DNA of 64,000 nucleotides, taken from contig CANRDF010000001.1 in assembly GCA_947629255.1 (NCBI GenBank), positions 758 to 64,757 on the forward strand, written 5' to 3'. Origin of the DNA: an uncultured Bacilli bacterium (GTDB lineage Bacteria; Bacillota_I; Bacilli_A; RF39; UBA660). This document shows positions 59,952 through 64,000 of this stretch, one piece after another. Under the pieces are notes generated by a model. That model was not told the origin of the DNA. It ran no database searches and saw only the letters and a program-made list of their open reading frames with translations. Both the position numbers and the translations under genes were made by a program. Position 1 is the first letter of the stretch. Each line of letters opens with the position of its first letter.

Positions 59952-60614
59952 TTACTTACATCTTTTTAAAATGTTTTTTTCTTGATTATCTTTGATCATT
60001 AAGAAATCAAAACAGTTAGGATACATATTTTCAACAATCGTTTCATAAGAAAAAGTACAATCTATTTGACGATCTCCCAATTTATTTGGATTTGCTACAT
60101 AAAATTCATGGTTTTTGAGATTTACGCTTGTAATCCCAATATAATGTCCTCCATTTGAAAATGTTTTCAGATACGTTTCTTTCCAAGGACCCACACAAAC
60201 CATAGCCATATATTCATTTTTTATCATATCAAAAACCAGTTCTTTTTTTAATTCTGGATGCTCATAGCTTAGTTTAATTAATTTATAACTTACATTACAT
60301 ATTTGTTCTTCATTCAAACGTTGTAACAGATAAATAAAAGCAATATCTCTTGTTCCCAATCGATTCATTGTTCTATCATTATAAAAATCCATTGGATATC
60401 CATATTCATCTAAAAGCATTTTTTTTGCAATATCCTCAGGTGTTAAATTATAGCCTAAACTTGATAAAATGGTAGCCATAGTTGTCGGTCCACATCCATG
60501 AGAATCGATTCGCCAATCTTTTATATTTTCTAATCCTCCATATGTATATTGTTTATATCGTATTGTTTCTTTTCTACCAAATTCATTTTTTGATATCACA
60601 TCATAATGTGTCAT
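59952..60614 (-). CDS. C39-like (Peptidase_C39_2) cysteine peptidase domain protein
   Basis: HGCGPTTMATILSSLGY motif. Start MTHYDV with RBS AAAGGGTGAG. ATGA overlap with the upstream NlpC/P60 stop. Confidence 0.6.
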   Translation of the reverse strand: MTHYDVISKNEFGRKETIRYKQYTYGGLENIKDWRIDSHGCGPTTMATILSSLGYNLTPEDIAKKMLLDEYGYPMDFYNDRTMNRLGTRDIAFIYLLQRLNEEQICNVSYKLIKLSYEHPELKKELVFDMIKNEYMAMVCVGPWKETYLKTFSNGGHYIGITSVNLKNHEFYVANPNKLGDRQIDCTFSYETIVENMYPNCFDFLMIKDNQEKNILKRCK

Positions 60615-61124
60615 TTTCTCACCCTTTCTAAAATATAAGAATCGGCAAAAATATCTTTGTAACCGACAAGTACTTTTTGCCAATATTCATTTTTATTAAA
60701 ATCACTCACCACAACTTTCCCTTTTACTCTTGAACTATGAATAAATACAGAATTTTCTAAATAAATGCCACAGTGTCCAGGATATTTGTTATCTTCTTTG
60801 GGTGCAAAGTCATTTAAAGATTGACGATGAAAAAATAAAATATCGCCTTTTTGAATATGTTCTATTTCTTTTAAAGAACTTGCTTCATCAAATAAAATGT
60901 TTTTTCCAATGGAACTTGTCATAATTTTGGTGGTCGTTGAAAGCCCATATCCATTTTCATAAATATTTATATTTAAGACTTCATGATAAACATACCAAAT
61001 GAGACCTGCGCAGTCAAAAGTATCTGCACCATGCTTGTTATGCTCATATTGTTTATAATGTTGTAATAAAGCAAGCTTTACTATTTGATTTCTTAATTCT
61101 ATTTCTAAATTATCTGTTTTTCAT
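60611..61124 (-). pseudogene. NlpC/P60 (C40) peptidase gene with a frameshift in the A5 tract after the start codon
   Basis: Catalytic DCAGLIWYVY and HCGIYLENSVFIHS are in one frame with no start codon. ATG AAA AAC AGA TAA is offset by 1 nt. Confidence 0.55.
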
Positions 61125-61325
61125 CACTCCTACTCTTTTTTATTTTTAATAAAAACAATGAAATTTTAATTTATGATAGAAGACAAGAATACACTTTTTC
61201 ATGGGAATCACCTTCTAAAACTATTACAGATACTTTATCACATTATTTTTGAAAGTCAATGATTTCTATTTGGAGTTACTACATGTCATGCTGTTTAATA
61301 TTTTTATTGTGTATATTACGTTAAA

Positions 61326-61362
61326 AATTAAAAAAGACTGACGCACCATAGTGCTTGTCAGT
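61326..61362 (-). terminator. terminator downstream of the AAA+ ATPase gene
   Basis: ACTGAC-N14-GTCAGT followed by a U-run on the minus strand. Confidence 0.5.
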
Positions 61363-61475
61363 TCTGAACTTCAATAACATTTTATCCTATTTATTATGTT
61401 TTGACAAATATTTTTAGACCACATATTTTAAATCGTCATATTTTTTCATATATTTGAATATTATTTTTTATCAGA

Positions 61476-63347
61476 TTATTTCTTCTCTAATACTCTTTTT
61501 CTTTCTGCAAGTCTTGCTTCTGCGATTAATTCTAATCTTGATTCGTCATCACGAGTCCATAATGTATCAAATATGGCTACAAACTCTGCACCTAGTTTTT
61601 CTATAAAGCTTCTTACTTTCTCCATATTTTCTTCATCAACTTGAGATAGTCCCGTTGTGGTTGCATATCTTGAAGCTGTATTTAGAGATTGGACATATTT
61701 CTCGTTATAGTTTCCACTTAGGACATCTTCTAATGTGATCACTTCTTGATTACAAAACTCTACAAACTCTTTTGTAATATCTTCTCCTACTAAGGCTCTT
61801 AACATTTCTGGATTTTTTGTTTGATATAACATTTTTGATGCCATTTCCCATTTCCTTGGATCTGCATTTGGTTTTTCTCCATCATATTTACTTCTTAAGG
61901 TTTCTCCTTTTTTATAAGCAATGTAAGCATATATCGCTGGATGTATATGATGTTCACTTGCCCATTTTAACCAATTTTCTGTTGTTGTTTTGATATATAC
62001 ATGGGCAAACCGATTAAATAATGGTTCTGCTAATTGATTTGCTGATAAGGAATCTTTCATCTCATTTCCTGCGGCTACAATTCTTGCATTTTCTGGTAAT
62101 TTCCATATCCCATTCACTTCTTTATCTAATATGATATTAAAAGCTATTCCTTGAATACTTGGTAAAGCATTTGTAAGTTCATCAAAGAAAACAATATGGA
62201 GTTTATCGGGTTCTGCTTCACATTTTGCTTCTAATTTTTTTAACCATGTTGGTTTTACATCAATCATTTCTCCTTTTTCAGAATTATAAACACTTTTTCC
62301 ATTTAAGCTGTCTGGTGTTGCATTTCTTAAATAAATAATTGTACTATCAGGATCTATTTGTTTTACTCTTGCACTTTTTCCTTCGCTAGATGGTCCATGT
62401 AAAAATACAGCTACTCCACTTTCAATAGCTCCTTTTATAATATCTTCTTCACTCACTTGTTTAAAATTTAATCCATAAGGATTTCTTCTTTTTTCAATTT
62501 TTATTTGTTCCTCTTTTAAAGACACATTTTGAAATAAATCTTTTACCATATATTTATTTAAATATGTATACATTTCTGTTTTTTTAAAATCACCATTATA
62601 TTTTTTATCAGGTGTATGAAATCTGATTCCACCCAAAATTCCTCTTTTGCATATTAAAGTTTTTGATTTATCATCAATTAACCATCTAACAGGAGAAACT
62701 TCTACCCAAACATGATCTCCATTTTTATATTCTTCCCCGTTTGATAATAGGAAATCAGTTCCCTTATAACTAGTATAATTAGATCTTGCTTGAACTCTAA
62801 TAAATTTGTGTCCTCTGTATTCGTATTCATCATAAATAACAGATTGAAAAGATTGGTGACCATCATCATAATCTGCTGAATCAAAAGTATAATTTCTACC
62901 TGTTTTTTGTATATTGTTATTTTGATATTCTTGTTCTAATAATTTTTGTACTTTAGCCATTGGAACACATTGAGGATATTCTCCAAATTCAACTTCTTCA
63001 CATCCATTATAACCCTTCACTCTGTTTTCAAAAATTGAGTCAAAGATTACAGAGTTTTTTATAACTGGACGAATACAATTAATACGTGACTCTCGAGACA
63101 CAGCGTATCTTTTTCCATTGCTACCCACGCCATAAACATCACCTTCATTATCGGAAGACCGTGTATAATACCGACAAGTACGACATCTATAAGTATCAGT
63201 ATCATTCCAAGCGCCACCCGTTAAAATTACTAAATCTGTGATGAGTGACATAGTTCCATATTTTTTTAAAACATCTAATTGTTTGTCTCCCCAAATTTCT
63301 TCTTCAGAAAGTAAAGTTAATTCTACATCAGAATTCATACAACCCAC
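61476..63347 (-). CDS. AAA+ ATPase (AAA_5/MoxR-like core) with a large N-terminal Cys-rich domain
   Basis: Walker A GPSSEGKS and Walker B HIVFFDELTNA. N-terminal 300 aa contain CRTCRYY. Confidence 0.6.
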   Translation of the reverse strand: MGCMNSDVELTLLSEEEIWGDKQLDVLKKYGTMSLITDLVILTGGAWNDTDTYRCRTCRYYTRSSDNEGDVYGVGSNGKRYAVSRESRINCIRPVIKNSVIFDSIFENRVKGYNGCEEVEFGEYPQCVPMAKVQKLLEQEYQNNNIQKTGRNYTFDSADYDDGHQSFQSVIYDEYEYRGHKFIRVQARSNYTSYKGTDFLLSNGEEYKNGDHVWVEVSPVRWLIDDKSKTLICKRGILGGIRFHTPDKKYNGDFKKTEMYTYLNKYMVKDLFQNVSLKEEQIKIEKRRNPYGLNFKQVSEEDIIKGAIESGVAVFLHGPSSEGKSARVKQIDPDSTIIYLRNATPDSLNGKSVYNSEKGEMIDVKPTWLKKLEAKCEAEPDKLHIVFFDELTNALPSIQGIAFNIILDKEVNGIWKLPENARIVAAGNEMKDSLSANQLAEPLFNRFAHVYIKTTTENWLKWASEHHIHPAIYAYIAYKKGETLRSKYDGEKPNADPRKWEMASKMLYQTKNPEMLRALVGEDITKEFVEFCNQEVITLEDVLSGNYNEKYVQSLNTASRYATTTGLSQVDEENMEKVRSFIEKLGAEFVAIFDTLWTRDDESRLELIAEARLAERKRVLEKK

Positions 63348-63365
63348 CCTTCTATTTTTTTATCA

Positions 63366-64000
63366 TTATTTTTTTCTTTGATATAACATATCATGATTAA
63401 GAGAATATAATTTATCTAATTGTTCTTTATTTATTTGTATTACTTTTCCACCTTTAGGATGAATTTTCCTTACTCCAAAAACAATCCAAATCACATCCAT
63501 AGGAATATCAGGCATATTTGCCCATCCATCGGTAAATATGATCTTATTTTCTACTCTTCTAGTAAATGCTCGAACTGCTACATTAAAGTCAGTTCCTCCT
63601 CCACCTTCAAATTTCATATTTTCAATATCTTCTTCCGTTCTTATTTCATGAAATCCATAAAACTCTGTATCAAAACAACCAACTTTTACTTTTGAATGTT
63701 GTAAGATATTTTTACATTCTCTTAAAAAATTCTTAAGTAATAATTCATCTATTGATCCACTTGTATCTAAGACAATTTCTGTTTCTGGTCTAGGTTGTTC
63801 TTCTAAGTTCGCACTTACAACACCATCTTCAATATACGCATTTTTGTAAGACCAATCAACATCAAATTGAATTGCTTCTCTTAAAACATATCTCCAATCA
63901 ATAATTGGTTTAGATTTTCCTATATCATTTATGATTCTTTGTTCTCTATTCGTAGATGTTCCAGCTTCCATTACTTGCTCTATTAAAACTTGTTTTAATG
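63366..64000 (-). CDS. von Willebrand factor A (vWA) domain protein, N-terminus beyond window
   Basis: MIDAS DTSGS...GGGTD motif. The ORF runs open to the window edge. Confidence 0.6.
   Translation of the reverse strand, partial: LKQVLIEQVMEAGTSTNREQRIINDIGKSKPIIDWRYVLREAIQFDVDWSYKNAYIEDGVVSANLEEQPRPETEIVLDTSGSIDELLLKNFLRECKNILQHSKVKVGCFDTEFYGFHEIRTEEDIENMKFEGGGGTDFNVAVRAFTRRVENKIIFTDGWANMPDIPMDVIWIVFGVRKIHPKGGKVIQINKEQLDKLYSLNHDMLYQRKK

Overview
This is a low-GC Firmicutes chromosomal window (about 28-30% GC) from an endospore-former: spoIVA, a SpoVIF-like gene, hbs, der and ezrA sit in Bacillus/Clostridium-like synteny. Almost all genes are on the minus strand.

Housekeeping genes:
- recD2 and a radical-SAM methylthiotransferase
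- tyrS with a T-box leader (UAC specifier)
- ezrA, a NifS/IscS-like cysteine desulfurase, a TetR regulator and an MMPL/RND exporter
- a VanY-like carboxypeptidase, cdsA-rseP, der, murF, a class B PBP and nfo
- tRNA-Met(CAU) and tRNA-Arg(CCG)

Accessory content between these is the interesting part:
1. A class II bacteriocin cassette is present. It has a C39-peptidase ABC exporter and two unannotated double-glycine-leader peptide genes (46 and 52-55 aa) that I translated by hand. The cassette has its own tandem-HTH XRE regulator. It is bounded by ~90-bp direct repeats that each contain a bidirectional terminator, with an IS4-like transposase on one side and an Rpn-family remnant on the other.
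2. Four paralogous secreted proteins with SipW/TasA-camelysin-type signal peptides are scattered through the window. Two are divergently paired with small paralogous XRE-HTH genes. One (860 aa) has a C11/G11 homopolymer in its promoter spacer, a slipped-strand phase-variation candidate.
3. A tandem array of four paralogous cytoplasmic pentapeptide-repeat proteins is built from 40-aa super-repeats. Each has its own TTGAAA-N16-TATAAT promoter and a conserved terminator. A PHP phosphoesterase is co-transcribed inside the array. This is my best candidate for an undescribed system.
4. The right end carries a short HipA-like kinase with an overlapping 96-aa partner. Next are an NlpC/P60 gene (frameshifted at an A5 tract) translationally coupled to a C39-like peptidase. 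Last are a vWA gene and a large AAA+ ATPase with a Cys-rich N-terminal domain.

Other oddities: a CDF transporter-GNAT fusion, a frameshifted DUF3800-like gene next to tRNA-Met, an orphan type IV prepilin gene, and three HAD nucleotidase-like paralogs. No CRISPR or rRNA was seen. All calls rest on motif recognition and manual translation and need database searches to confirm.
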